From the IMG/VR virus record IMGVR_UViG_3300044691_000591, positions 1-64,000 of that record: a DNA stretch of 64,000 nt. One strand, written 5' to 3'. The translations under genes were made by a program, and so were the position numbers. The first letter of the stretch is position 1, and every line of letters begins with the position of its first letter. The notes under the pieces were generated by a model. That model was given only the letters and a program-made list of their open reading frames with translations. It was not told the DNA's origin and did no database searches. The DNA comes from a virus. Positions 8,268 through 17,690 of this stretch are shown in pieces.

Positions 8268-9082
8268 GCGGCGTCGCTCTCGATGGCGAGTTGGCCGCCG
8301 CGCTCGAACACGACGATCAGGTCGGCGATCTCGTCATAGACCTGCTGCAGGATCGGGCGGTCGTCCTCCGTGTAGACCGCGACCTTCTCGATCCGCGACC
8401 CGGTCGGGCCCGGGATCTTCTCCGGGCGGCGACCGTGGACCTTGAAGTACCGGTTCGAGACGCGCAGCCCGAACCCGGACTGGAACTCGCGGACCGTGCG
8501 GGCACGGTGGCCCTGCTCGGCGAGAAACGTCGCCGCGTACAGCGGGGTCTCGGCCGGCTCCAACTGCGGGCGCTCACCCATCGACCGCGCGACGATGATT
8601 TTGCTGGTGGCCGTGGCATACGGGACCGGGATCGCACCGGCCTGCAGCAGCACCGCGACGATCTGCGCCTGCTCCAGATACGACACCGGTGCGCCAGCGA
8701 CAGCCAGCGGCTTGGGCTCCTCGACTGCGGGCACCGAGTACGTCCCGGTCTTGCGCAGCGCGGGCAGCACCTCATGGAACAGCCAGTGCTGGAACCGCTC
8801 GACCTGGCCGCGGATCGCCTCGTTCTTGATGCGTGCCGCCTGCCGCTGTCCGATGACGCGGTACAGGCCCGGCTCCTTCAGGTGCCAGACGGTCTGGTCG
8901 CCGCCAGGGGTCCGCACTAGTGCGGACCCTTTCTCGTCCTCCGGGAGGCTCCGCAGCATCGTGTGGGCGTCCTTGAAGGCGAGGCCGCGGGCGACGCCGG
9001 GCGCCCGGACGATGAAGCTGTCGCCGTCGGGGATGAGCTCGATGTCGAACTCGCCGTTCGCGAAGCGCTCGATCTCGCTCAT
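8264..9082 (-). CDS. BRO-N domain protein (antirepressor-like)
   Basis: EKGSALVRTPGGDQ..EPGLY...FQHWLFHEVLPALRKTGTY. Confidence 0.9.
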   Translation of the reverse strand: MSEIERFANGEFDIELIPDGDSFIVRAPGVARGLAFKDAHTMLRSLPEDEKGSALVRTPGGDQTVWHLKEPGLYRVIGQRQAARIKNEAIRGQVERFQHWLFHEVLPALRKTGTYSVPAVEEPKPLAVAGAPVSYLEQAQIVAVLLQAGAIPVPYATATSKIIVARSMGERPQLEPAETPLYAATFLAEQGHRARTVREFQSGFGLRVSNRYFKVHGRRPEKIPGPTGSRIEKVAVYTEDDRPILQQVYDEIADLIVVFERGGQLAIESDAA

Positions 9083-9354
9083 CGCTCAACCCCCTGCAGG
9101 AACAGGGCCTCGGCCTGGGCGGAGGTGGTGATGCCGAGCCGCTGCATCTTCGCCTGACCGCTGGCCGTCCACTCGGCGGGCAGCGTGAACGACTCGAATA
9201 CGCCCTCGGCTGCGGGCTTCGTGCGCTGGTAGTCGAACTCGGCGAGGAGGATGCTCTCGTCGACGTCGAACAGCCACGCGGTGAACGCCGTGGAAGCCAG
9301 TTCCACGCCGTCGCGCTCGATCACCGCGGGGTTCGGGGGTGGGATAGTGGACAC
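9079..9354 (-). CDS. Hypothetical protein
   Basis: 91 aa, RBS AGGAGAG. Confidence 0.65.
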   Translation of the reverse strand: MSTIPPPNPAVIERDGVELASTAFTAWLFDVDESILLAEFDYQRTKPAAEGVFESFTLPAEWTASGQAKMQRLGITTSAQAEALFLQGVER

Positions 9355-9425
9355 GATCTCTCCTACGTAGATGGATCAATGGCTGGGTGGGCGCCGCTTT
9401 CGGCGGGAGAGCGGCGCCCCGCGCG

Positions 9426-10382
9426 TCAGGTCGCGGTGATGTGCGCGATGAACTGCTCCAGCTGCTCGGTCGGGGCCGGGCCCATGGCCTCACCGCCGGA
9501 CCACTGCGCGAACTCGCGCTCGGCCTGCTCCTGATCCCAGCCGCGGGCATTGGCGGCGTTCGCCACCCGCACCCAGATGTCCTCCGACTCGTCCTCGTCG
9601 GTGTCCTTGCGCTGCTCGATCTCCCCGGCGATGTACGCCGGCTCGACCTCGATGGCCTCCGGCGCCGCGTCGACGCGCACCACCCCGTCCTGGGCGACGG
9701 CCTGCGCCAGCTCCACCGACACGGGCAGGAGCTTGAACAACTCCCGGACGCACGTCTTCTTCGCCATCTGGTCGTAGTGGTCGCGCCACGGGCCCGAGTT
9801 CCCGGACTTGGAGAACTTGCGGTGCTTCTCCACGTCGTCCGGCGACAGCACCACGAACGCCGCCCCGCCGGACACGGTCGTGGCGACCGCGTAGTAGGCG
9901 ATGGCCTTGCCCCGGTTGCCCAGCACCGGCTTGTGCTTCAGGTAGGGGTCCAGGCCGTACTGGTAGTCGAACTGGTCGTGCTCGTACACGACCTGCGCGT
10001 CCAGGGACTTGGCCATCGGCGACTGCCAGAACAGCTTCGCCATGCCCTTGTAGCCCAGCACGAACGTGCACTCGCGGCCGAAGGGCACCAGGTACGCCTC
10101 GCCCGTGGCGCCGGGCTCCACGCCCAGCTGGGAGCACGTCATCAGCGCGCCGAGGAACGACTCCGGGGTGCAGTTGCCCAGCTTCGGGGTCTTGCGCAGC
10201 GTCGTCAGGGCGATGCGGGCCATCCGGTCCGCATCCATGTGCTTAGGAAGGGCGCGGGCGATCTCCGGGCGCATCCGCTCGATCTGCTGCGCCAGGGTCG
10301 GCTGCGCGTTGTTCTGGGCAACCGGCCCGGTGTTCTCCGCGCGGCGGGCAACAGCGGCACGGGTGTCGGCGGTGGTGGTCAC
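9426..10382 (-). CDS. recT: RecT family single-strand annealing protein
   Basis: IARALPKHMDADRMARIAL, SFLGALM..SQLG, AYLVPF, LGYKG, PW..HYDQMAKKT. Confidence 0.95.
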   Translation of the reverse strand: MTTTADTRAAVARRAENTGPVAQNNAQPTLAQQIERMRPEIARALPKHMDADRMARIALTTLRKTPKLGNCTPESFLGALMTCSQLGVEPGATGEAYLVPFGRECTFVLGYKGMAKLFWQSPMAKSLDAQVVYEHDQFDYQYGLDPYLKHKPVLGNRGKAIAYYAVATTVSGGAAFVVLSPDDVEKHRKFSKSGNSGPWRDHYDQMAKKTCVRELFKLLPVSVELAQAVAQDGVVRVDAAPEAIEVEPAYIAGEIEQRKDTDEDESEDIWVRVANAANARGWDQEQAEREFAQWSGGEAMGPAPTEQLEQFIAHITAT

Positions 10383-11380
10383 AGGTTCTCCAAGTGGACG
10401 TTGAGGGTGCGTGAGGGATCGCCGCGGAAGGGCTCCGGATCAAGGTCCGGGTCGGCGTCCAGCGCGGCCTTCTTCCAGCTGACCTGGCCGCGCTTCGGGC
10501 GCCACGAATAGGCGAGCTCGCCGCGGATGTGGACGTCGGTGTGCGGGCCGGCCATGTCCTTGAGGTGGTTCTCGGCCTCGGTGATGGCGATGTCCGCGGC
10601 GGCGGCCTGCTCCTTCGCGGAGGCGCGGATCTTCAGCCACTTCTCGACCTCGGCCGCGTCGGCGACTAGCGGTTCCGCGTTCAGCTTCATGTCCGCGTAC
10701 AGGCGGTCCAGGAGCTTGCTGGTGGCAACGGACCCGTCGACGGGGGGAGGGGTGTCGGCGTGGACGTACTGCATGAAGTCCTCGCCGATCTTGATGAGGT
10801 CGGCGATCAGGCCCTCGTCGCGCTCGACGCGGTGCACGATCGTGCGCTGCCCGCCGATCAACGCCGCCGCATAGCCGAACCGCCAGCCGGTGACCGCGAG
10901 ATAGTGCTGGACCTGGATCAGCGGCCCCGCCGGTACCCCGTCCAGCCACTCCGCCAGGGCGTAGGAGGAACGCGTCTTGGCCTCGACGACACCGGGCTTG
11001 CCGCGGTCCTCGGTGAAGCGGTCCAGGTTCGCGACCATCCACGCGTGCTCCGTGGACTGCAAAGTCCCCGGGCCCTCGAACGCGGGCAGGCCCGTGATGT
11101 CGCAGAACCGGCGCGCGACAACCGGCTCCAGCAGATGCCCCATCAGCGCGGCCTCGTCCAGGACCGGATCCTCGCGGCGGGCCACCGGGTTGCCGGTCTT
11201 CTCGTACCAGACCTCCAGCGGCGACCGGTACTTGTCCAGGCCGCACACCGCAGCCATGTCCGAACCGCCCAGGCCCAGCAGCCGGGCAGCGTGCCAAGCG
11301 GCGGAGTCGTCGTCGAACCGGCCAACCACCCGGGCGGGCATGGTGGTCAGGTCGACCATCGGGAGCGTCGGGGCGGTCAC
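10379..11380 (-). CDS. YqaJ/lambda-exonuclease family recombination nuclease (RecE partner)
   Basis: WHAARLLGLGGSD, GHLLEP, ANLD, EAKT, QVQHYLAVTG. Confidence 0.93.
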   Translation of the reverse strand: MTAPTLPMVDLTTMPARVVGRFDDDSAAWHAARLLGLGGSDMAAVCGLDKYRSPLEVWYEKTGNPVARREDPVLDEAALMGHLLEPVVARRFCDITGLPAFEGPGTLQSTEHAWMVANLDRFTEDRGKPGVVEAKTRSSYALAEWLDGVPAGPLIQVQHYLAVTGWRFGYAAALIGGQRTIVHRVERDEGLIADLIKIGEDFMQYVHADTPPPVDGSVATSKLLDRLYADMKLNAEPLVADAAEVEKWLKIRASAKEQAAAADIAITEAENHLKDMAGPHTDVHIRGELAYSWRPKRGQVSWKKAALDADPDLDPEPFRGDPSRTLNVHLENL

Positions 11381-11799
11381 TCGCCACCGCCGACCGTCTG
11401 CCGGTACGCGGCCTCGAACGGTGCCTCGTGCTCGCGGACGGCGGTCAGCACTTGCGCCGCGATGTCCACCCCGACGCCGGCCCGGAACTCGTCGCTGGTC
11501 TCGGCGTTCCACGCCGGGAAGGCCTCGTTGAGGAGTTCGCAGTACCCGTCATCGACCGGTCCCATGCCGTACGTCAGCCGCGCCGCCACATCCTGGCCGT
11601 CCGCGCTCGGGCGCAGTTCCAGGCAGTAGTGCCGGGCATCGACGCGAAAGCCAGGGTCAGTCAGGTCGGTCCAGACGGTCATGTAGTCGTCCGGCTCGCC
11701 AGAGTCCTCGCGGTCGAACGGGAACGCTTCGAAGCCGAGCCCGCACGCCGCCAGGTTGGTGGCGGCCTCGAACATGGCGTGTGCCTGACGGAGCCTCAT
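11377..11799 (-). CDS. Hypothetical protein
   Basis: 140 aa, coupled to neighbours. Confidence 0.65.
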   Translation of the reverse strand: MRLRQAHAMFEAATNLAACGLGFEAFPFDREDSGEPDDYMTVWTDLTDPGFRVDARHYCLELRPSADGQDVAARLTYGMGPVDDGYCELLNEAFPAWNAETSDEFRAGVGVDIAAQVLTAVREHEAPFEAAYRQTVGGGE

Positions 11800-12182
11800 G
11801 CCTGGACCTCCGCGTCCTCGCGGTCGTCCACCGGGTTCTCGGCCAGCTCGCACGCCGCCGAGCAGCAGCCACGACGGCCCTGCCGGTAGCACGGGCGGCC
11901 ACACGACAGGCACTCCCAGCCGCCGAACGCCTCCACCAGTACGGCCTGGGACTCGGCGGCCATGGCGGTCGACCAGCGGAACAGGTCCTCGCCGACCGGG
12001 CCGCCGCAGCGGTCGTCGCCCGGCAGATCCGCGTGACCCGGGGCCGTCGAGATGCACGACAGGACACCCGCAGTGGCGTGGCCGTAGTAGACGGAGGCGC
12101 AGGAGACGGTGACGTCCTCGGTGGGGTAGTACGTCGGGGCCTGCTTCGGCGCGCGGGCCGGGGACCAGGTGTCGAGGCTCAT
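11796..12182 (-). CDS. Cys-rich hypothetical protein
   Basis: CLSCGRPC...CCSAAC. Confidence 0.65.
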   Translation of the reverse strand: MSLDTWSPARAPKQAPTYYPTEDVTVSCASVYYGHATAGVLSCISTAPGHADLPGDDRCGGPVGEDLFRWSTAMAAESQAVLVEAFGGWECLSCGRPCYRQGRRGCCSAACELAENPVDDREDAEVQA

Positions 12183-12421
12183 CGCCGCACCCCCGCCAAC
12201 TGCTGCTCCAGCTCGGCGACCCTCTCCGCGAGCCTCACCGCGGACGGGGCGTACGGGCCCGGGTCCTCGGGCAGCAGGTCCGCCAGGTACGCGCGGTAGG
12301 CGCTGCCCTCCGGCAACTCCTTCACCGCAGCCTCGACACGGGCCCGCTCCTCGGCGGAGGTCACGTACTTGTGCGCCTTGCCGATCTCGGCCGCGCGGGA
12401 CTGGACCAACTCGGGCATCAT
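12179..12421 (-). CDS. Hypothetical protein
   Basis: 80 aa, C-terminal coiled coil. Confidence 0.6.
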   Translation of the reverse strand: MMPELVQSRAAEIGKAHKYVTSAEERARVEAAVKELPEGSAYRAYLADLLPEDPGPYAPSAVRLAERVAELEQQLAGVRR

Positions 12422-12720
12422 CGCTGCACCGCCGATCCGGCGACCGGCGCGGCGATGTACATGCCCGCCAGCGACACCTTCACGTCGTGCCACGTCGTGA
12501 ACAGCTGCTTGCCCCACGCCACGTCCAGCAGGTGCTCAGCACCCAGAACCTCGACGTAGGCCAGGAACGCCGCCTCGTTGCGGATCGTCCCGGACAAGTG
12601 CCCGTCCGGGGCCAGCGTCCAGCGGGCCCGCGGCAGCCTGGGGTGCTCGGTGCGCAGGGCGACCAGCGCCATGGCGGGGCCGAGCTGCGGATCGGTTGCG
12701 ATCAGTGGAAAGATGGACAT
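12418..12720 (-). CDS. Hypothetical protein
   Basis: 100 aa, RBS AAGGGAG. Confidence 0.65.
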   Translation of the reverse strand: MSIFPLIATDPQLGPAMALVALRTEHPRLPRARWTLAPDGHLSGTIRNEAAFLAYVEVLGAEHLLDVAWGKQLFTTWHDVKVSLAGMYIAAPVAGSAVQR

Positions 12721-12808
12721 TGAGGTTGCCCACTCCCTTTCTCTTCGTACTGCGGGTGGGTGCTTCGTCGGCCGTCCGGGACTCCACTCCTGGGCGGCCT
12801 TTGACGTG

Positions 12809-13153
12809 TCAGGCGACAGGTGTCAGGCGGCCGGCGAACATGAGCAGCACCTGATCGATGCCGTGGCCGTAGTCCGCCACTTCGTCAAAGTCCGCTCCGG
12901 CGAAGTACTCGCGCCCCCAAGCCGCCCGCCACTGCTCCCGGCAAAAGTTGATGAGGGTCTGCTCGCCTTCGAGGGCGTCCTCGTAGGTGTGGTCGTGCGA
13001 CGCCCAGGAGCGGGCGCGCTCAGCGCCGCGGTCGGAGGCGTCGGTGGTGTGCTGGTTGATGCGCTGCCGCAGGCGAGACGTCCGGCCGACCTTGACCACG
13101 CCGTCCGTGAACTCGACGACGTAGAGGTGGTGCGCGGTGGGAATCTCGGGCAT
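12809..13153 (-). CDS. GIY-YIG/T5orf172-like protein
   Basis: LYVVEFTDGVVKVGRT...R..QH...E...GREYF. Confidence 0.75.
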   Translation of the reverse strand: MPEIPTAHHLYVVEFTDGVVKVGRTSRLRQRINQHTTDASDRGAERARSWASHDHTYEDALEGEQTLINFCREQWRAAWGREYFAGADFDEVADYGHGIDQVLLMFAGRLTPVA

Positions 13154-13362
13154 CAGGCGGCCTCGGTCCGCTGTGAGGCGATGAACTGGGCGTCCTCGGA
13201 GCGGCGCTGGACGATCGCTGCCTCGATGGCCTCGACCGTGCCGAGCGGGTGGCCGGGGTACCAGGCGCCTTCGGCGGCCTGCCTTGCCGACAGGGACTCG
13301 CGCTGCTGGACGGCTTGGAGCGCGGCGGTGGCGATGCCGTCGAGGTACTGGTCGCGGGTCAT
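13153..13362 (-). CDS. Hypothetical protein
   Basis: 69 aa, ATGA-coupled to the cro-like gene. Confidence 0.65.
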   Translation of the reverse strand: MTRDQYLDGIATAALQAVQQRESLSARQAAEGAWYPGHPLGTVEAIEAAIVQRRSEDAQFIASQRTEAA

Positions 13363-13610
13363 GCCACGAGCTCCCTGGACTGCTCTTCTTCCTCTTCCTC
13401 ATCGAGGATGAGCTCGTCGACGGAGAGGCCGTAGGGGCGACCGAGGGCGTGGAAGGTGTCGACCAGGGGCTTCTGGGTAGACCCGGGCTTGGCGAGCCGG
13501 GAGATGGTGGATCCGGAGATGCCGGTCGCGTCGGCGATCTGCATGTCGGTGGTGTGGCCGTGTTCCCTGGCGACGGCGCGCAGTCGTTCTACGTTGAGGC
13601 GGATGGGCAT
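13359..13610 (-). CDS. Cro-like HTH regulator
   Basis: QIADATGISGSTISRL HTH; RBS GGAGGTG; first gene of the early operon, divergent from the repressor. Confidence 0.85.
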   Translation of the reverse strand: MPIRLNVERLRAVAREHGHTTDMQIADATGISGSTISRLAKPGSTQKPLVDTFHALGRPYGLSVDELILDEEEEEEQSRELVA

Positions 13611-13624
13611 GTTCACCTCCAGTT

Positions 13625-13826
13625 TTGCGTAAGCGCAATCTCTTGCGTTGATGCAAAACCTAGTGCCGGAGGAGTCGCCTGCGCAAGCGTTTCCGCACAC
13701 GCAAAAGTAAAGCTATGGCAATGCCATTGGCGTGAACATGGCCCTGACTTGTGACTCTTGAGTGAAGGCATGCATCCTGGGTCGACCAGGGACCTTGCAT
13801 GCATGCAAGACTTGCCGCTGACGCAA
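13625..13826. promoter_or_regulatory. Immunity operator array, consensus TTGCR-N4-YGCAA
   Basis: TTGCGTAAGCGCAA 13625, TTGCGTTGATGCAA 13643, TTCCGCACACGCAA 13691, TTGCATGCATGCAA 13795; weaker sites at 13673 and 13813. Confidence 0.8.
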
Positions 13827-13848
13827 CACCCGCAGCTAACCTGCCACC

Positions 13849-14298
13849 ATGGGAGATGTCGACATGACGCCATCCGAGCAGTTCGCCGCCTGGCTCGCCC
13901 CCGCCATGCGCGCCGCCCAATACGACCTCAACAAGCTCAGTGGCGGACGTCTAGCCTTTGCGGAAGCCGTCGGCGTCAGCCCCGGAACCGTCACCCGATG
14001 GCTGTCCGGCAAGTCCATGCCGGACCCCGACAAATTCGAAGCCATCGCCGCCGCCCTCGGCGTCGACCCGATCGACATGCTCATCGAATGCGGAATCATT
14101 TCAGCCAAGTCGGTTACATCAGGACAAGAAACGGCAGTACGGTTGCGTCCCATCACCCCCTCGCAGGCAGCGGATGAACTGGGCATTGACAACCCTGTAG
14201 ACCGAGAGCTGTTCCTCGCCATGGTCGACAGGCTCGCCAAGCGCCCGAACCTCAGCCCCGCCCCACCCGCCGAGGGGAGTGCCACGGCGGAGGGCTAG
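13849..14298 (+). CDS. cI-like immunity repressor (XRE HTH)
   Basis: AFAEAVGVSPGTVTRWLSGKSMP...IAAALGV; upstream of integrase. Confidence 0.88.
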   Translation: MGDVDMTPSEQFAAWLAPAMRAAQYDLNKLSGGRLAFAEAVGVSPGTVTRWLSGKSMPDPDKFEAIAAALGVDPIDMLIECGIISAKSVTSGQETAVRLRPITPSQAADELGIDNPVDRELFLAMVDRLAKRPNLSPAPPAEGSATAEG

Positions 14299-14309
14299 CG
14301 GGGGGCAGA

Positions 14310-14837
14310 GTGCGGCACACCTGGAGACTCATCTACGGAACCACCCTGATCGGCGGCGCAATCGGGGCGGCCCTCATCGCGAGCGGCGTCCGCTCCCACG
14401 ACCCGACCACCGCAGTGGCCGGCCTCTCGCTGCTGTTCACGTCCCTCATGGCATTCCGCACCACCTATGAACAGGCCTGGCTGCAACGATCCCGCAAAAC
14501 ACTCGGCGACCAGGAGCGACTCCTCCAAGCCGAGCGCGGGGTATGGGAACGCGACACCGAGCGCACCCGGCGGGAACTCGCCGACCAGGAACGCGACCAG
14601 ATGGAAGCCATCGCCTCCGAGCGCGAGACCATGCACCGCCAACTCGAAGACGAACGCGATCGAATGCACACCGACTTTGCGAACAAAAAGGCGGAGATGC
14701 AGCGCGCCGCATTCCAAAAGGGCTTCGAAATGGGCGAGAACGGCATCGGCAAGGAAAGCCGCTCGGCAGATGTGATCTACCTGCCCTTCGGCGACGGGCG
14801 CCCCACCACCATGGCACCCGGCACGATGCACAACTAG
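14310..14837 (+). CDS. Two-TM membrane protein with coiled coil in the lysogeny operon
   Basis: Two hydrophobic helices then E/R-rich heptads. Confidence 0.7.
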   Translation: MRHTWRLIYGTTLIGGAIGAALIASGVRSHDPTTAVAGLSLLFTSLMAFRTTYEQAWLQRSRKTLGDQERLLQAERGVWERDTERTRRELADQERDQMEAIASERETMHRQLEDERDRMHTDFANKKAEMQRAAFQKGFEMGENGIGKESRSADVIYLPFGDGRPTTMAPGTMHN

Positions 14838-14861
14838 ACCAGCGACCCCGGGGGACTCGCC

Positions 14862-16442
14862 ATGGCCAACGGCACGACGACTTTCGGACCAGGCGCAAGG
14901 GCGCCCCTGATTCCGGCCATCGGCTACATCCGGGTCAGCGCATGGTTCGAGGAGAAGATCAGCGACGAGCTCCAGAAGGCAGCCATCGAGGACGGGGCCC
15001 GCCGCAAGGGCCGCACCATCGTCCGCTGGATCATCGACCTCGACGCCACCGGACGGAACTTCAAACGCAAGATCATGCAGGCCATCGGTGCCGTCGAAAC
15101 CGGCGAAGCCGAAGGTGCCCGCGAGATCTGGCTGTGGAAGTATTCCCGGTTTGGCCGCAACCGCCACGGCGTCGCCATCAACCTCGCCCGCGTCGAACAA
15201 GCCGGCGGCCACCTCGTCTCCGCCACCGAGGACGTCGACGCCACCACCGCGACCGGCCGGTTCACCCGCGGCATGCTCTTCGAGATCGCGGCGTTCGAAT
15301 CCGACCGCATCGGCGAGCAGTGGCGCGAGACCCATGAGTACCGACGCGTCCACGGCCTGCCCGCCACCGGCGGCCTGCGCTTCGGGTACGTCCACGAGGA
15401 GCGCCTCGTCGTCGACGGCGTCCTCCAGCGCTCTGAGAGCTACGAGCCCGACCCGGCCACGACTGAGCCACTGCGGGATGCCTACCGGGCATACGCCGTC
15501 GACGGGCTCGGGTTCATTCCGCTCGCGAAGCACCTCAACTCCCGGCGGATCTACAACCCGGCAGCCAGGGCCGGGACGGGCTGGAGCCAGCAGTCCCTGA
15601 TCTACTACATGGACAGCGGCTTCCCCGCAGGCCTCCTGCACGTCCACCGCTCCGACGTCACCTGCCCGCAGCGCGCCCGCTGCCCCGTGCCGGGCGAGCA
15701 CTACGGCTTCATCCCCGGCGCCCAGCCCGCCCTCCTCGAAGACGAGTTGTGGCAGGCGTACCTGGAGCGGCGCGACCAGCGCAAGCGCATGCCGCCGCGG
15801 TCGCGGATCCCGCTGTACCCCTTCTCGGGCATCACCAAGTGCGGCCTGTGCGGCGGCGGCACATCCGTGTTCAGCGGCAGGAGCGGACCCGGCTACGGCT
15901 ACCGCTGCACCACCCACTACCAGACCGTGCAGGGCGGATGTGACGGCTCGTCCGTTCCCGCCACCGTCGTCGAGGCCGAAGTGAAGGCGTGGCTGGAGAG
16001 GGTCGCCGTCGAGGTCGACCGCCGGCTCCGTGGCGCGATCGTGCGCCCGAAGCCGGCGGCGAAGACGGACACGGTGGAGCAGCGCGAGCGTGTGGCCGCA
16101 GAACTGACGAAGTTGCAGCAGGCCCTGGACCGGGCATCGATGGCGCACGCGATGGGCGACATGCCCCGCGACAGCTACCTGCGGACCCGGGACGAGCTCC
16201 TCGCCAAGCGCGGTCAGCTGGAGGCGGAGCTGACCGCGGCGAAGGCCGCGGAGGAGTCGGACTCGGTGCGCGCCTGGGAGGTTCGCGGCTCGGTGGTGCA
16301 CCGGCTGCTGGGGGAGTGGGACACGCTGCAGGTGCAGGGGAAGCGGGATCTTCTCTCGGCGGCGCTGTCGGAGATTCAGATATGGCCGCGGGGTTCGGTG
16401 AGGCGCGTAGTGCCGGTGCCGCGGGATGGGTTTGTGTTTTAG
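14862..16442 (+). CDS. int: Large serine integrase
   Basis: YIRVS catalytic motif, SRFGRN, recombinase domain, CGLCG...YRC zinc ribbon, coiled coil. Confidence 0.96.
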   Translation: MANGTTTFGPGARAPLIPAIGYIRVSAWFEEKISDELQKAAIEDGARRKGRTIVRWIIDLDATGRNFKRKIMQAIGAVETGEAEGAREIWLWKYSRFGRNRHGVAINLARVEQAGGHLVSATEDVDATTATGRFTRGMLFEIAAFESDRIGEQWRETHEYRRVHGLPATGGLRFGYVHEERLVVDGVLQRSESYEPDPATTEPLRDAYRAYAVDGLGFIPLAKHLNSRRIYNPAARAGTGWSQQSLIYYMDSGFPAGLLHVHRSDVTCPQRARCPVPGEHYGFIPGAQPALLEDELWQAYLERRDQRKRMPPRSRIPLYPFSGITKCGLCGGGTSVFSGRSGPGYGYRCTTHYQTVQGGCDGSSVPATVVEAEVKAWLERVAVEVDRRLRGAIVRPKPAAKTDTVEQRERVAAELTKLQQALDRASMAHAMGDMPRDSYLRTRDELLAKRGQLEAELTAAKAAEESDSVRAWEVRGSVVHRLLGEWDTLQVQGKRDLLSAALSEIQIWPRGSVRRVVPVPRDGFVF

Positions 16443-16475
16443 ACATAGCCATGCACAACGCGTTGCCTAAAACAC
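16434..16475. other. attP-like site of the serine integrase
   Basis: 42-bp imperfect inverted repeat GTGTTTTAGACATAGCCATG-CA-CAACGCGTTGCCTAAAACAC overlapping the int stop codon; centre CA at 16454-16455. Confidence 0.75.
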
Positions 16476-16700
16476 GTCCGGTGGCTCCTTGGGGGATTCG
16501 CGGCTGAGGTCTGAGCAGAGTCTGAGCAGGTCATCGATGGTGGCTCTGAGGCGTGCGAAGTGGCGGGTTCGTTCCGCCGGGTCGAGGGTGTTGATGTCGA
16601 TCTGGTCGGCTGTGCCGAGGTGGCGGCGGCCGGTGATCCATCGATAGGCCTGGGATGGGGACAGGCCGGCGGGTGGCTTCGGGTTCTGTGGCGTGCTCAC
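16467..16700 (-). CDS. Hypothetical protein
   Basis: 77 aa; ends in the right arm of attP. Confidence 0.6.
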   Translation of the reverse strand: MSTPQNPKPPAGLSPSQAYRWITGRRHLGTADQIDINTLDPAERTRHFARLRATIDDLLRLCSDLSRESPKEPPDVF

Positions 16701-16952
16701 GTCGGTGCTCCGGACGGTACGAGGGCGAGGCGCCGGCGGGCGCTCTGTATGTCCCGGGGTCTGGGGGACGTGACTACGGCATATTCAGGTAAACGTAGAG
16801 CCTGCAACCACTGTGGCGTCAGGGAATAGCGGACGCAGTGGCGCGTGTGACAGGAGCGCTCCCAGGTGTGTTCTGGGAGCGAGCGCGAGGCGGGGTCTGG
16901 GCCTCAAGCACCTCCGCCGTGGCCGGTGGCGGGTCTCCGGGGGGTCTATAAC

Positions 16953-16968
16953 TCGAACATAAGTGCGA
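16953..16968. promoter_or_regulatory. LexA (SOS) box
   Basis: TCGAACATAAGTGCGA, 1 mismatch to actinobacterial TCGAAC-N4-GTTCGA, in an AT-richer intergenic region. Confidence 0.65.
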
Positions 16969-17067
16969 CCGTATCGGACGGTGTTGCATCCTGCACAGAC
17001 CGCGTGATCACAAATTGACCGATCTACGCTGCATGCAAGGCTCCAAGATCCATTCAGTGTAAGTTGG

Positions 17068-17364
17068 GTGCCGCAGACCGATCCCCCCGACGAGCGAACC
17101 ATCCGCCGCCGGCGAGAACTCGGTGATCGTGTGCGCATTCTCCGCGAGCTTCGGAAGCTTTCGCAAGGGACCCTCGCCAATCAGGCGGGCATGCAACGCA
17201 GCACCCTGCAGCGCATCGAATACGGGCAGACCGCCGTTTCCATAGATCGACTTTGGGCCATTGCCGACAAGTTGGGTGTGCCAATCACCAGCCTTCTCGC
17301 TGATGACTGTGCCAGTACGCGGTGGCTCGGTGGGGGTGGCTCTCGGGGTGGCGAAGGATCTTGA
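17068..17364 (+). CDS. XRE family HTH regulator
   Basis: LGDRVRILRELRKLSQGTLANQAGMQRSTLQRIEYG. Confidence 0.88.
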   Translation: MPQTDPPDERTIRRRRELGDRVRILRELRKLSQGTLANQAGMQRSTLQRIEYGQTAVSIDRLWAIADKLGVPITSLLADDCASTRWLGGGGSRGGEGS

Positions 17365-17495
17365 CCCGTCCGCCATGGAACGCAACCCGAACACCAAGTA
17401 GGTAAGAACTTTCTGGGGCGCGCGGCAAAAACGCGTCGTGAACGTTGCGGTACACGCCCCCGCAGTGCGCCCCCGTGCGCCCCCCTGGCGGACCG

Positions 17496-17690
17496 TCACC
17501 CGGAGTGGGTCCGCGGCCGGTCAGCCCGCGCCAGTATGGCCAGGCCGACGTGCTCGTCGTGCCGCACCAGGATGTAGCTGGCCCCCGCGTCACGCTCGAC
17601 CTCGCCGACGACGACACCATTCCGGGCCCACTCGCCGCAGTAGCCGCACGCCCCGTCCGCCCGGCCCAAGTCCGGCGTCTGCCCGGTCAT
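17496..17690 (-). CDS. Small hypothetical protein (CxxC...HxxH)
   Basis: CGYC...VERDAGA...HDEH; ATGA-coupled. Confidence 0.6.
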   Translation of the reverse strand: MTGQTPDLGRADGACGYCGEWARNGVVVGEVERDAGASYILVRHDEHVGLAILARADRPRTHSG

